Source: Bdellovibrionota bacterium (lineage in GTDB: Bacteria; Bdellovibrionota_C; UBA2361; OMII01). From it: a DNA stretch of 31,800 nt. A model generated the notes under the pieces. It worked only from the letters and a program-made list of their open reading frames with translations, did no database searches and was not told the origin of the DNA. The position numbers were made by a program, and so were the translations under genes. Within the stretch, counting starts at the first letter, position 1, and each line of letters begins with the position of its first letter. Below, one piece after another: positions 20,180-29,396 of this stretch. The stretch is taken from NCBI GenBank assembly GCA_044356215.1, contig JBIKWQ010000035.1:1-31800 (forward strand). Reading direction: 5' to 3'.

Positions 20180-20644
20180 ATGACAAGAATCATCGCCCAC
20201 AGAGGGTTACGCAACGAGTTTCCTGAGAATACAATTGAGGCGATATCTCACGCGCTAAGCTTACCACTCCACGGGGTTGAGTTCGATGTAGAGCTAACAG
20301 CCGATGGTGTACCTGTGGTGCTTCATCAAGAGACACTGGTTCCAGACTCCGCTTTTACTCGTCTTGAACTGGCCACGAGGGATTACGTATCTCGTGATTG
20401 GGTGATTGAGAGATCCCTCGAGGAGATACGAGCTCTTGATGCGGGGTCTTGGATGGGCCAACGGTTTAAGAATCTGAGGATTCCGACCATGAAGGAGGTT
20501 CTTGGCCTTAATTGGAGATCAATATCTGCACATGTTGAGCTAAAGGACGCGACTTACTGGCGGGAGTCCCGAGACATCAACCGTCCCAAATTAGTTGTCG
20601 ATGCCGTCCTGCCCAGTCTGCAAAGTAGACGCGATACTCTCTGA
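20180..20644 (+). pseudogene. Glycerophosphodiester phosphodiesterase, C-terminally truncated
   Basis: IIAHRG, PENTIEA, VEFDVELTADGVPVVLH, IPTM.EVL, VELK; stops at 154 aa versus 234 aa for the paralogue at 22284-22988. Confidence 0.7.
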
Positions 20645-20744
20645 TTTCGCGCGTGAGAGTGTTGAGTTGCTGTTCTAGAAAATCAGCTAATCAAGATAAT
20701 TTACATCATTTCGCGAATTATCTTGGCTCTGTATAGTTCTGCAC

Positions 20745-22295
20745 ATGAGCGCCGCGCCGTCTTATATTTCTAATTTTATTCCACCGGTCACTTCGGCTAA
20801 TCGTGCCGATCCAGACGCGCTAAAAGCTATTGTGGCCGCTAATGTCCGGACCCCTCAAGAGGCTATGCGGCTTGAAGCTCTGCTGCGCAGTGTAGAGGAC
20901 GTAAGTCACCTATCACCTGAGTTGCTAACAGAAGCTATGGCGCAAGGGTGCTGGTACCATGTTAATCCGTTTCGCAGCACTCTTATCCGTTCTCTGGAGA
21001 TTCCGCGCTCATCACGGATACTTGAAGTTGGATGTGGGGGCGGGGCTCTGACAAGATATCTTGGCGAGCAGGGATATCAGGTCGTGGCGCTCGAAACTTC
21101 GGAGGAGCTCGCTGAATGCGCCAGGCTTAGGTGTCGGAACCTGCCTAATGTTGAGGTCATCACAGGCTTTGTAGAGAGCGTTTTGGCTGACTCGCGTTTT
21201 GATTTTGTGGTCTGTGTAGATCCTCTCTTTGTAGAGAGCGACTTCTTTGAGCCAGGTTTGCAGCTAATGACTCTATGTAAGAGGGCGCTTAAATCAACTG
21301 GTACTCTTATCCTATCGATATCAAATCCGCTTCATGCTCCTGGAACAGCTCATATAGAGCCGTCGCAAGATCATGTCCGAGGGAAGGGCTCAACCTTAGG
21401 TGCGGTAAAGAGCTCTTTATCCAGCTCGGGATTTACCTACTCTGAGGAGTATCTGACCTTTCCAAACCACGCATCACCGCGATTTATTGTGGATCCAAAG
21501 CAAACACGCGCAGAGCGTATTAACTGGATCCCACTGATAAAGGATCTCTATAGCTCTTCAGAAGTTGCTGAAGCTGAGATGCTAGGATGGTGGCGCTCGA
21601 TTTATAATGAGGGACTAGAGAGCAACTTGGCTCCTGGCTGGTTGATCCTGGCTCACAGCCACGCGGTTCATTCGGTCCTGTGGAAGGGTGGGGCAGGCAA
21701 GCTTTTTACTCCGACGATTAGCGCAGAGAGCACTGAGGCTAAGAAAGAGAGAGATTCGTCACCGGAGAATGAATCAGCAAATGAGAAAATAAAAAGTATT
21801 GAGGTTAAATCGATACATTTAACTACTTCCGACTTAGTAGCGGCGGTTCTAGGGGCGCTTAGGCCAACAGTTCATGCCGTTAGGGATTACAAGGAATCTC
21901 TTATCGCAGCTGATCATCGGATTGATGAATTGGCTCAGAGTGAAGAAGCCGCTCGGCAGAGTTTTGAGGATTCAAGAGAGGCTTTGGTTAAGCTTGAGGA
22001 GAAGCATACTTCAGAGCTAAATCATGAACAGGAGTCGCGCCGTATTCGCGAAGCCGAGCTGGGATTAGTTCTCAAGCAGTATCACGCGGTTGGAGCTATG
22101 TGCCACGATATGCGTGAAGAGGGTCGCAAATTAAGAGATATGCTTGATGAGCTAAAGAGGCGCTATGTTGCTTCTGAGGAGTGGGGAAGCTCTCTGGCCA
22201 AACGTGCTGCCGAAGCTGAGGAGGAGCTAGAGAGAACACGCGCGTCGTGGACATTCAGAATAGCCAAGCGGGTGCAGGATTTCTTACGCGGCTAA
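20745..22295 (+). CDS. Class I SAM methyltransferase with long C-terminal coiled coil
   Basis: ILEVGCGGGALTRYL; E/R/A/L-rich helical tail ending ASWTFRIAKRV. Confidence 0.8.
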   Translation: MSAAPSYISNFIPPVTSANRADPDALKAIVAANVRTPQEAMRLEALLRSVEDVSHLSPELLTEAMAQGCWYHVNPFRSTLIRSLEIPRSSRILEVGCGGGALTRYLGEQGYQVVALETSEELAECARLRCRNLPNVEVITGFVESVLADSRFDFVVCVDPLFVESDFFEPGLQLMTLCKRALKSTGTLILSISNPLHAPGTAHIEPSQDHVRGKGSTLGAVKSSLSSSGFTYSEEYLTFPNHASPRFIVDPKQTRAERINWIPLIKDLYSSSEVAEAEMLGWWRSIYNEGLESNLAPGWLILAHSHAVHSVLWKGGAGKLFTPTISAESTEAKKERDSSPENESANEKIKSIEVKSIHLTTSDLVAAVLGALRPTVHAVRDYKESLIAADHRIDELAQSEEAARQSFEDSREALVKLEEKHTSELNHEQESRRIREAELGLVLKQYHAVGAMCHDMREEGRKLRDMLDELKRRYVASEEWGSSLAKRAAEAEEELERTRASWTFRIAKRVQDFLRG

Positions 22296-22988
22296 AACCC
22301 TCTCAGGAAAATTAGAGAACACACCATCGACCCCCCAGCTTATTAAGAGCTTAATATCCTCAGGGTCATCAACAGTATAAACGTAAACTTTAAACCCAGC
22401 TCTTTTAACCTTTAAAATACGCTCTTTCGAGACTGCGTCTAAGTTAAAATGCACAGAGCTAGCGCCTAAACGACGGGCTATCCCTAGACAGTTTAATGGG
22501 TATCCGTAAACTAGAATGCCGATCGGTATCTCGGGCAATAATCTCTTAAAGGTCATCAGCTCCGCGTGATCAAAGCTAGAGACAAAGAATGAGTTTTGGT
22601 CCCAGCCATTAGCTATTGCTGCCTTTAGCTCGGCGGCCGCCGCAGTAGCTATATTCGCTCCTTTTAGTTCAACCTGGAAAGATACTCTGCCCTTAAACTT
22701 TGTTAAGACCTCTGAGAGGAGCGGGATGGATTGATTTTTTGGTAACGGCACCGCTTTTAAAGCCTTTATGCTCTGTTTGCTAACCAGCCCCTTAGTTCCC
22801 GTCATCCGCTTTAGATCGCGGTCGTGAAATACGACGCTCTGTCCCTCTACGGCTCGGATATCTAACTCAATCCAGCTAGCCCCAAGTTCAATAGCCTTTT
22901 CAAAGCTAAGCTCAGTGTTCTCTGGCTCGTGTCCTGATGCCCCTCGGTGAGCAAAACATGTAATTTTATTACTCATTGATTGCCGCAT
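22284..22988 (-). CDS. Glycerophosphodiester phosphodiesterase (GlpQ/UgpQ family)
   Basis: FAHRGASGHEPENT, IELDI, VFHD, VELK, SSFDH, YTVDD, GVDGVFSNFPE. Confidence 0.92.
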   Translation of the reverse strand: MRQSMSNKITCFAHRGASGHEPENTELSFEKAIELGASWIELDIRAVEGQSVVFHDRDLKRMTGTKGLVSKQSIKALKAVPLPKNQSIPLLSEVLTKFKGRVSFQVELKGANIATAAAAELKAAIANGWDQNSFFVSSFDHAELMTFKRLLPEIPIGILVYGYPLNCLGIARRLGASSVHFNLDAVSKERILKVKRAGFKVYVYTVDDPEDIKLLISWGVDGVFSNFPERVLAA

Positions 22989-24010
22989 CAGTTTTTAGTT
23001 TTGTTCCGTGCCTTCTCAAGTGCCTGCGCCACCTCTTCATCTCCACGCTCTGTATAACGCATGGTAACACGAACATCGCTGTGGCCTAAAGCTTGCGCGA
23101 CAAGCCGTATATCCCGCGAGTCTTCGAGAAGATCGGTCGCGAATGTGTGTCGTAACAGATGTGGATGGAGCTTGGTGTCGATTGAGAATGATCTTACCGC
23201 TCTCCAGATCGTTTTAGCTCCCATGTCAAAGCTCCGTGTGTCGGAAGCTGATGCCTTGTAGACGCTGATAAACAGAGGGAGCTTTGAATCGATTGCTGGA
23301 TTTAACTTAGGGAAGAAACGTTTCAACTCTCGCTCCCTAGCGGAAAGATAGGTCGCTAGTTCTGAGCGCATCTTTGAGGTGATATAAACCTTTCTAAATC
23401 TTCTCCCCTTTGTGCGTACCTGATCGATCCACTGTAGCCGCGGATCGACCTGGGACATCCTAATTCCTCTAATCTCATCAGCCCGCAAGCCGGTGTCTAG
23501 TAGGAGTGCCAGAATAGCTTCGTTTCTAAGAGAGATGAAGCCACCCTTGCTCTCCCGGCGTGAGCGAGCTAGCTCCTTTATCTCTTTTACCTCACCGGCA
23601 TCAATTGATTTAGGGCGGGTCGGTTGCTCCTTTGGTGGTCTCACTTCCCTGGCTGGATTGATAAACCCAGATAGCCTCTCAGAGAGGACTCTGCCCATAT
23701 GTTTTAGCGTAGCTAAGCGTCTCGATACGGTCGCTGGGGCTTCTCCAATTTTTAATGATTCATCAATAAAGCGCTGGGTGGATGAAAAATCCCAGTCTCT
23801 AACCTTTAATTGGTCAATCTCCGTTAATCTCCGGTGGCGAGTGAGAAAACTAAGAAATCGGTCTGTATCGAGCCGCTTAGCTTTAGCGGTGTGAGAGACC
23901 CCGTCAGCGTATAGCCTTATGTACTCGCGAACCACCTCTCCCAGTGGCATGTCCGCCACAGACTCGGAGGGCCTGGCTTCACCAAAGATGGGAGAGAGAG
24001 GCTGGCTCAT
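22988..24010 (-). CDS. Tyrosine recombinase, XerC/XerD-like
   Basis: APATVSRRLATLK, LLDTGLRADE, RTKG, HPHLLRHTFAT, LGHSDVRVTMRY (complete R-K-H-R-H-Y set); start placed at ATG 24010. Confidence 0.9.
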   Translation of the reverse strand: MSQPLSPIFGEARPSESVADMPLGEVVREYIRLYADGVSHTAKAKRLDTDRFLSFLTRHRRLTEIDQLKVRDWDFSSTQRFIDESLKIGEAPATVSRRLATLKHMGRVLSERLSGFINPAREVRPPKEQPTRPKSIDAGEVKEIKELARSRRESKGGFISLRNEAILALLLDTGLRADEIRGIRMSQVDPRLQWIDQVRTKGRRFRKVYITSKMRSELATYLSARERELKRFFPKLNPAIDSKLPLFISVYKASASDTRSFDMGAKTIWRAVRSFSIDTKLHPHLLRHTFATDLLEDSRDIRLVAQALGHSDVRVTMRYTERGDEEVAQALEKARNKTKN

Positions 24011-24092
24011 ATTGACTGATGTGGTTGTTGTAAGACCTATATTAAACCACTGGCATGACACTCGCACAAGAACGAGATATGCTCTGACAGAA

Positions 24093-24977
24093 ATGAGTGA
24101 TAAAGACTTAAAAATTAACAGGGAAGCTATCTTATCGGAGGTGGCTAGTTTCATAGAGCTAGGGGTTCTGGATGCTGCCAGGTATTTAGACCACGCCAGC
24201 TCTTCAGGAGCTGAGCTTAAAGTAGAGGTCAAGGCGGATAAGACATTAGTGATGAATCTCGATATGGAGAGTCAGAGGCTAATATTAAGAAGGTTGGCAT
24301 CCGCGGGTTATCCGATCGTGGCCGAGGAGGATCCCGCCTCGCACCAACTGATTAATAGCGAGGGGAGCTACCTACTGGTCGATCCCCTTGATGGCACCAC
24401 GTCTTGCAAGCGTTTCCTTGGGCAATTTGGGGGTCACGTTGGTTTTGGGCCACTTGTAGGTTTTGTGCATGAAGGAGAACTCGCGATCTCGTATTTCTAC
24501 AGTGTCCCATACAGAAAGCTTTTTAGAGCTATAGCTGGGCAAGGGGTCGAGATGTTGGAATACAATTCTGATTTTATACAGACGGGAGCGCCCATAAAAT
24601 TAGTAGCGACGCCGTGCCCGGATCTAGGTCAGGCCGGGATGTTGTTTTTTATTAGTCATCAGGGAGAAGCGGCAGTTGTTGAGTATCTCCGAAAGCGTAA
24701 CGCTATCGAGAATATCTACAGATTCGGCGGGTTTGCCAATGACAGCGCCCGACTCGCGCAAAGCTTTGAGCAGATTCAGTTACAGTTCCTGGTTAAGCCG
24801 TGGGATTTTACGGCGGTATTAATAGCCAAAGAGGCCGGGTGTGAGGTTTTCTGTGATCCGATGAAGCGGCGAGTGCCGCTCGCTGATTGGAGGATGGAAG
24901 CTAACAATCCAGTTGTTGTTTTGCCAGCGGGGACGAGTAGGGGATTCTTCGCGCTGCTAGATCAGATGAAGGATTAA
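24093..24977 (+). CDS. Inositol monophosphatase family protein
   Basis: KADKTLV..LD, IVAEE, VDPLDGT, KPWDFTA..LIAKEAG; start placed at ATG 24093. Confidence 0.88.
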   Translation: MSDKDLKINREAILSEVASFIELGVLDAARYLDHASSSGAELKVEVKADKTLVMNLDMESQRLILRRLASAGYPIVAEEDPASHQLINSEGSYLLVDPLDGTTSCKRFLGQFGGHVGFGPLVGFVHEGELAISYFYSVPYRKLFRAIAGQGVEMLEYNSDFIQTGAPIKLVATPCPDLGQAGMLFFISHQGEAAVVEYLRKRNAIENIYRFGGFANDSARLAQSFEQIQLQFLVKPWDFTAVLIAKEAGCEVFCDPMKRRVPLADWRMEANNPVVVLPAGTSRGFFALLDQMKD

Positions 24978-24982
24978 AGATC

Positions 24983-25774
24983 GTGCCACTAATTAGGTTA
25001 GATCCTCACGCGCATCTCTACGATCCTTACCGCTTAGCAGATTGGATAGAGGCGGCAATTCTTAATTTAGCGCCTGACAATGATGCTGAGAGGGCCGTTA
25101 TCATAGTTGATCGTCAAGGCCAGGATAGCTTCGCGCGTATTGAGCGTGAGATTTCGGATATAGGTTCGTGGCGAGTCGCGCAACCCGAATCAGGATCAAA
25201 TGCTGATGCTATAAATGGTGTAGTGACTTTTAAGGACAAGACCCTAAATGTGGTTAGGGGCGTTCAATACGTATCTGCTGAGAAAATCGAGGTTTTAGGG
25301 TGGGGAGTAAAGAGAGAGTGTGACGATGGAGCTCCGTGTCAGGATCTAGTTGAGAAGATAAAAGCGTCAGGTGGAGTTGTTTGTTTGCCTTGGTCGCCAG
25401 GTAAGTGGATTGGCAAGCGAGGTAAGATTGTAAACGAGGTGCTACGGCTTAATTCTCCAGATAATTTGGTTTTGGGAGATATCGCCATTCGCTCAAGATT
25501 CGGTCCGCCGTCTGTTATTCTAAGGCGGGCCAAGAGGGCATCTTTTCAAATTATCTGTGGCACAGATCCGTTGCCGCGTCGCGAGGACGCGCGGCTAGTT
25601 GGTTCGTACGGAGTGGAGCTATTTGCTCCATCGGAGCTAGATAGTCGGGATAGAGTTCTGGAGCTGCTTCAGCTAATAAAATCTCCTGTAATTCCTAAGA
25701 GGGTTTGGGGTAGGCCTAGCGTTCCGGTTGCGGCTTTAGAGAGATTTATCTCAAGCCTGAGAGGCCGGAGCTAA
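24983..25774 (+). CDS. PHP-like metal-dependent hydrolase / hypothetical protein
   Basis: N-terminal DPHAH, later GGVVCLPW and GTDPLP, resembling PHP-family motifs. Confidence 0.55.
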   Translation: MPLIRLDPHAHLYDPYRLADWIEAAILNLAPDNDAERAVIIVDRQGQDSFARIEREISDIGSWRVAQPESGSNADAINGVVTFKDKTLNVVRGVQYVSAEKIEVLGWGVKRECDDGAPCQDLVEKIKASGGVVCLPWSPGKWIGKRGKIVNEVLRLNSPDNLVLGDIAIRSRFGPPSVILRRAKRASFQIICGTDPLPRREDARLVGSYGVELFAPSELDSRDRVLELLQLIKSPVIPKRVWGRPSVPVAALERFISSLRGRS

Positions 25775-25806
25775 GTAGCGCGATAGCGGGAATTTGGTGC
25801 TGTTTG

Positions 25807-25837
25807 CTTGGCTTTGTAATCAAGTACCGCGAGTTTT
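25807..25837 (+). repeat. 31-bp perfect direct repeat A (second copy 29466-29496)
   Basis: CTTGGCTTTGTAATCAAGTACCGCGAGTTTT at both positions. Confidence 0.95.
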
Positions 25838-25921
25838 GAGGGGCAGTAATACCATGATATATCGGTACAGGCGCAAGGTTCTGTATACTTTGAAAATACC
25901 TCCCCCTCTCTAATGTCTAAT

Positions 25922-26785
25922 CTACGATTCGCCGAGTGAGTTTGAGCTCCAGAAGGCTTCGAGTACAGCGAAGGCTGTAACGACATCCGTGGTCGATAGT
26001 CGAGCCTCAGAGGCCATTCCAGGGAAGTCTGCCTTCCAGTGCGTAGGCGGAGGGACGAGCATTTTGGGCAACGGATGTGTTCCTCGTATGGAGAAGGTAG
26101 CCGCAAGTGCGTCTCGCAGCTGCGCCAAGTCCAGAGCGCCGCGTTCAATCAGGAGCACGAGGTCAACAAGGTCCTTTGTTCGAGTGTTGAGTCGATCCGA
26201 CCACGGAAACGTGTACGCATGCACCTTCTCGGCAAACTGCTGTGCTCTTGGGATAGCTCGCGCCACGGCTGGGGAGATGCCAGCGAACTCAAGTACGTCG
26301 TCCCCGGTAAGTAGCTCCGGCTCACCAACGAGTGGGTCTCCAATTCCAACGTCGATGCCGAATTTGGCATAGGTTTTCCCGACCAGTACAGCTTCAACGG
26401 GAAGTCGACTGCCACCTTTAGGAGCGTTGGCTATCTCGGACTTTAGTTCGCCGATATAAAAAGTCAGAAAATCACCGAGGTCAATTTCAGCAGCAGCCTG
26501 GAGTTTATCGCGCAGGTCTGCGATTGAGTTATTAACAACGAGCGTTATGGATAGATCGATATCTCTCGTTGTTCGCGCACATGGGCGGTAGCGCAAGTCC
26601 ATTGCAAAGCCCCCTTTAAGAAGCCACGGCACGTCCGTAGGCTGGAATAACCGCGCGAGCAATCGTTCCATGACAAACTTCAGTTGCAGAGTGCGAAATG
26701 GCACGCCGCTTCTAGCGGCTCGTGTTCGCAAGCGCTCCTCAAGTGACATCTTGAATGAGATGGCGTCTTTAAATGGCTTACTCAC
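25922..26785 (-). CDS. abiEii: AbiEii-family nucleotidyltransferase toxin (type IV TA)
   Basis: ERLLARL, WLLKGGFAM, RTTRDIDL, AEKVHA, TRTKDLVDL; GTGA overlap with the upstream antitoxin. Confidence 0.9.
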   Translation of the reverse strand: MSKPFKDAISFKMSLEERLRTRAARSGVPFRTLQLKFVMERLLARLFQPTDVPWLLKGGFAMDLRYRPCARTTRDIDLSITLVVNNSIADLRDKLQAAAEIDLGDFLTFYIGELKSEIANAPKGGSRLPVEAVLVGKTYAKFGIDVGIGDPLVGEPELLTGDDVLEFAGISPAVARAIPRAQQFAEKVHAYTFPWSDRLNTRTKDLVDLVLLIERGALDLAQLRDALAATFSIRGTHPLPKMLVPPPTHWKADFPGMASEARLSTTDVVTAFAVLEAFWSSNSLGES

Positions 26786-27393
26786 CGCTTGATTCCTTTC
26801 TGCTTCCTTAATCCCTGAGTCAGTCGCGCCGCACCTGCAGATGTGCGGGCGGCATCCTCTAGTGCTTTTCGGCGGATGAGTCCGCGCTCGATCGCGTCTC
26901 TGACGGCTAGGTTGAGCTGCTCCTGACTAACGCCGCTCGTGGCAGCATCCAGTAGTGTGCGAAGTGGTGTTGTCACAGAGAACCCCTCGCGTTCCTCTGT
27001 CTCGTTGGATTCGAGTGTTGACTTGTGGAGCTTGCAGCCGTTTGGGGCGCGCTTTCGAAACGTTCTGGGGACTGTTAGATGAACGTAGTTGGGCAATATG
27101 TCTGTCAGTTCGTGAAGTGCCAAGGCTGACTCGTGAGAGACAACCGCTTGAGGCTCGTCTTTTTGGTTCCGACTCCAGAAGGTAAGTCGGATCAGATCGT
27201 CATGCTCGGCGACTGGTACGGTTGGAAGACGATAGAGCCCGTGAGCAATACGCTCAAAGTTGCCAACCGTCTCGTGGTAATCGAGGTGGCGGTAGCCATA
27301 GCCTACTGAGGCAGCTTGTTTTGCTGTGAAGTACCCCCCTTGGGTCTGCGCGAGCATGGCGAGCCTGCGTGCTGCTGAATGGGGCGCTTTCAT
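26782..27393 (-). CDS. abiEi: AbiEi-family antitoxin / transcriptional regulator (type IV TA)
   Basis: AQTQGGYFTAKQA, ERIAHGLYRL, VVSHESALALHEL, VTTPLRTLLD. Confidence 0.9.
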   Translation of the reverse strand: MKAPHSAARRLAMLAQTQGGYFTAKQAASVGYGYRHLDYHETVGNFERIAHGLYRLPTVPVAEHDDLIRLTFWSRNQKDEPQAVVSHESALALHELTDILPNYVHLTVPRTFRKRAPNGCKLHKSTLESNETEEREGFSVTTPLRTLLDAATSGVSQEQLNLAVRDAIERGLIRRKALEDAARTSAGAARLTQGLRKQKGIKR

Positions 27394-27434
27394 GGTGCAA
27401 AATACTCCAAATTAATAGGAGTATTTTGCACCAT
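27392..27434. promoter_or_regulatory. 17-bp perfect inverted repeat, probable AbiEi operator
   Basis: ATGGTGCAAAATACTCC-9 nt-GGAGTATTTTGCACCAT overlapping the abiEi start codon. Confidence 0.8.
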
Positions 27435-27797
27435 AGACTGCCGTTCATCAAGGCTAAAAGCAGCGGGGGGGGGGCGGCGCAATTTGGTTTTCGATTGTGT
27501 AGGTTAAAACCTACAATAAAAGATAAATAGAAGTTTACCAAAAAGCCTTAAAGATCTACCAGCGCGAAAAACAGAGATCTTCCTTAACTGACGGCTCAAC
27601 AAGGTGAATTCCTGGGAGTTGGTCTCCGGTGTGCTCGTAAGACTTAACGTTCGTTCGGAACGCCTCCAAGAAGCTGATAGCAAATCAAAGAGTAAAACCA
27701 CCACGGTTCACTCTGATCCGGAGCTTAACGATTGGTTAGATGAGTACCGGCACCTTTCATACCCCCAGCGCATAGAGAAACAGGCGCCTGTAACGTA

Positions 27798-27849
27798 TGG
27801 TCTACTAGCCATGGTTGCGCAGGCTGCATTCTTTGTGGTGAGTCTTGTC
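27798..27849 (+). repeat. 52-bp direct repeat B (second copy 29561-29612)
   Basis: 48/52 identical; both copies encode GLLAMVAQAxFFVVSL. Confidence 0.93.
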
Positions 27850-28067
27850 AAGGACTCCTTTTTTAAGACAAGGATTCTTCAACCAGTATTGCAGTAGGGG
27901 GTAGTCGAGAATGCAGACTTATCCATAGGGGGCGCGGAGTGGAGCCGTAAGCGGAGCTCAAGCACAACCCGATGCCGCCGCGAATTCAAGAGAAAACACC
28001 TCTGGTTTTATCGGCAGTTTATCGGCATAATAAAGGAAGGAGTGACTGCCTATAAATCTCCAGCAAT

Positions 28068-29162
28068 ATGCCATTTAAGCCAAACTTTACGATTACCCCC
28101 AAAATAGCCACCTACCTCATGCGGATTGAGGCCGCCAGACAATCTGTTCAGGATTTGCCGATCACTCCCTCCGTTCTCGCCACGTTACGAGAAACAGCCC
28201 GTTTATTTTCCACTCACTACTCAACGATGATTGAGGGGAACCGACTCACTCAGGAACAGGTGTCGAAGGTGATTGAGGATCATCAACGCTTCCCGGGACG
28301 GGAACGGGACGAAAAAGAAGTGCTTGGGTATTATGCTGCGCTTGAAAAATTGGAGCAGTTATCTGCCTTGCAAGGTGCCGTGACCGAATCGCATATCCAA
28401 ACGCTGCATGCATTGGTGATGGCTGAAGGACGCAAGAGAATAAAGCCCACCCCCTACCGAGATGGACAGAACGTCATTCGTGATAGCCGTAGCCGCCGGA
28501 TTGTCTACATGCCCCCTGAGGCAAAAGATGTTCCGACGCTTATGAAAGAGATGGTTACTTGGATCGCATCCTCTGAGCGCCAGGAATTACCATGCCCTAT
28601 TCGCGCCGGTATCGCACACTATGAATTCGCCACCATCCACCCGTACTACGATGGTAACGGCCGGACGGCGCGACTGCTTACGACGCTCATTCTTCACCTA
28701 GGCGGGTATGACCTAAGGGGCTTGTACTCACTTGAGGAATACTATGCTCGCAATCTCGCCGCGTATTATGAGGCTCTCACTGTCGGCCCATCGCACAACT
28801 ACTATGAGGGACGCGCCAAGGCGAATATTACGCGATGGGTAGAGTATTTTTGTGCTGGCGTGGCAGATAGCTTTGAGAGCGTAAAACGTAGGGCCGCGGA
28901 GGCTGCCAGCAGCGGCGCACACGATCGCTCTTCGGTATTGCGGCGGCTGGATCCCCGCCAGCGCACAGCCCTTGTGTTATTTAAGGAGAGTGATTTCGTC
29001 ACCAGTGGCAAAGTGGCAGAGCTGTTCTCTATATCTGAACGAGCCGCTCGCAATCTGCTTACTGCCTGGGTGACAAGTGGTTTTGTGGTGGTCGCTTCTC
29101 CGGCGAAAAAGAGCCGTAAGTATGAACTTTCGTCAGCCTATAAAGATATTTTCCATAAGTGA
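28068..29162 (+). CDS. Fic-domain protein with N-terminal inhibitory helix and C-terminal HTH
   Basis: HPYYDGNGRTAR catalytic motif; STMIEGN matches (S/T)xxxE(G/N); C-terminal VAELFSISERAARNLL. Confidence 0.92.
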   Translation: MPFKPNFTITPKIATYLMRIEAARQSVQDLPITPSVLATLRETARLFSTHYSTMIEGNRLTQEQVSKVIEDHQRFPGRERDEKEVLGYYAALEKLEQLSALQGAVTESHIQTLHALVMAEGRKRIKPTPYRDGQNVIRDSRSRRIVYMPPEAKDVPTLMKEMVTWIASSERQELPCPIRAGIAHYEFATIHPYYDGNGRTARLLTTLILHLGGYDLRGLYSLEEYYARNLAAYYEALTVGPSHNYYEGRAKANITRWVEYFCAGVADSFESVKRRAAEAASSGAHDRSSVLRRLDPRQRTALVLFKESDFVTSGKVAELFSISERAARNLLTAWVTSGFVVVASPAKKSRKYELSSAYKDIFHK

Positions 29163-29396
29163 ACAACCGTCTCCCCGTAGGGTTATCCTGACGTAGGTCC
29201 CGAAAATTCAAAAGCCGAAGTAATTTTGAGCAGATGCGCTATTTTCAGGCCCGCAACTGCTCTTTTTAGGATTATATGGCTAGGGGCCAGCCAGGGAGTG
29301 ATGCGTTTAATTTAGAGGAGGTTTTGCTATCAAAGGCGTCAGGGAGAAGTGTCGGCAAATCAAAGCGTAAGTGACGTAAACCAATAGGAGGCTAAA

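Noticed and set aside
20692..20725. Possible dif/Xer site
   Set aside because: Inverted repeat has a 14-nt spacer and poor match to the 11-6-11 dif consensus
23919..24232. Apparent 314-bp antisense overlap of recombinase and inositol monophosphatase ORFs
   Set aside because: Likely starts are 24010 (-) and 24093 (+), giving ordinary divergent genes
27604..27897. 97-aa ORF as a real gene
   Set aside because: No clear SD or family motif; its hydrophobic part is repeat B from the J-domain gene, so probably a chimeric remnant
633..29053. Numerous short ORFs nested in or antisense to long genes (e.g. 633-926, 3193-3546, 4658-4978, 12173-12535, 23493-23894, 25989-26372, 28802-29053)
   Set aside because: Shadow ORFs of well-supported genes with no recognisable motifs
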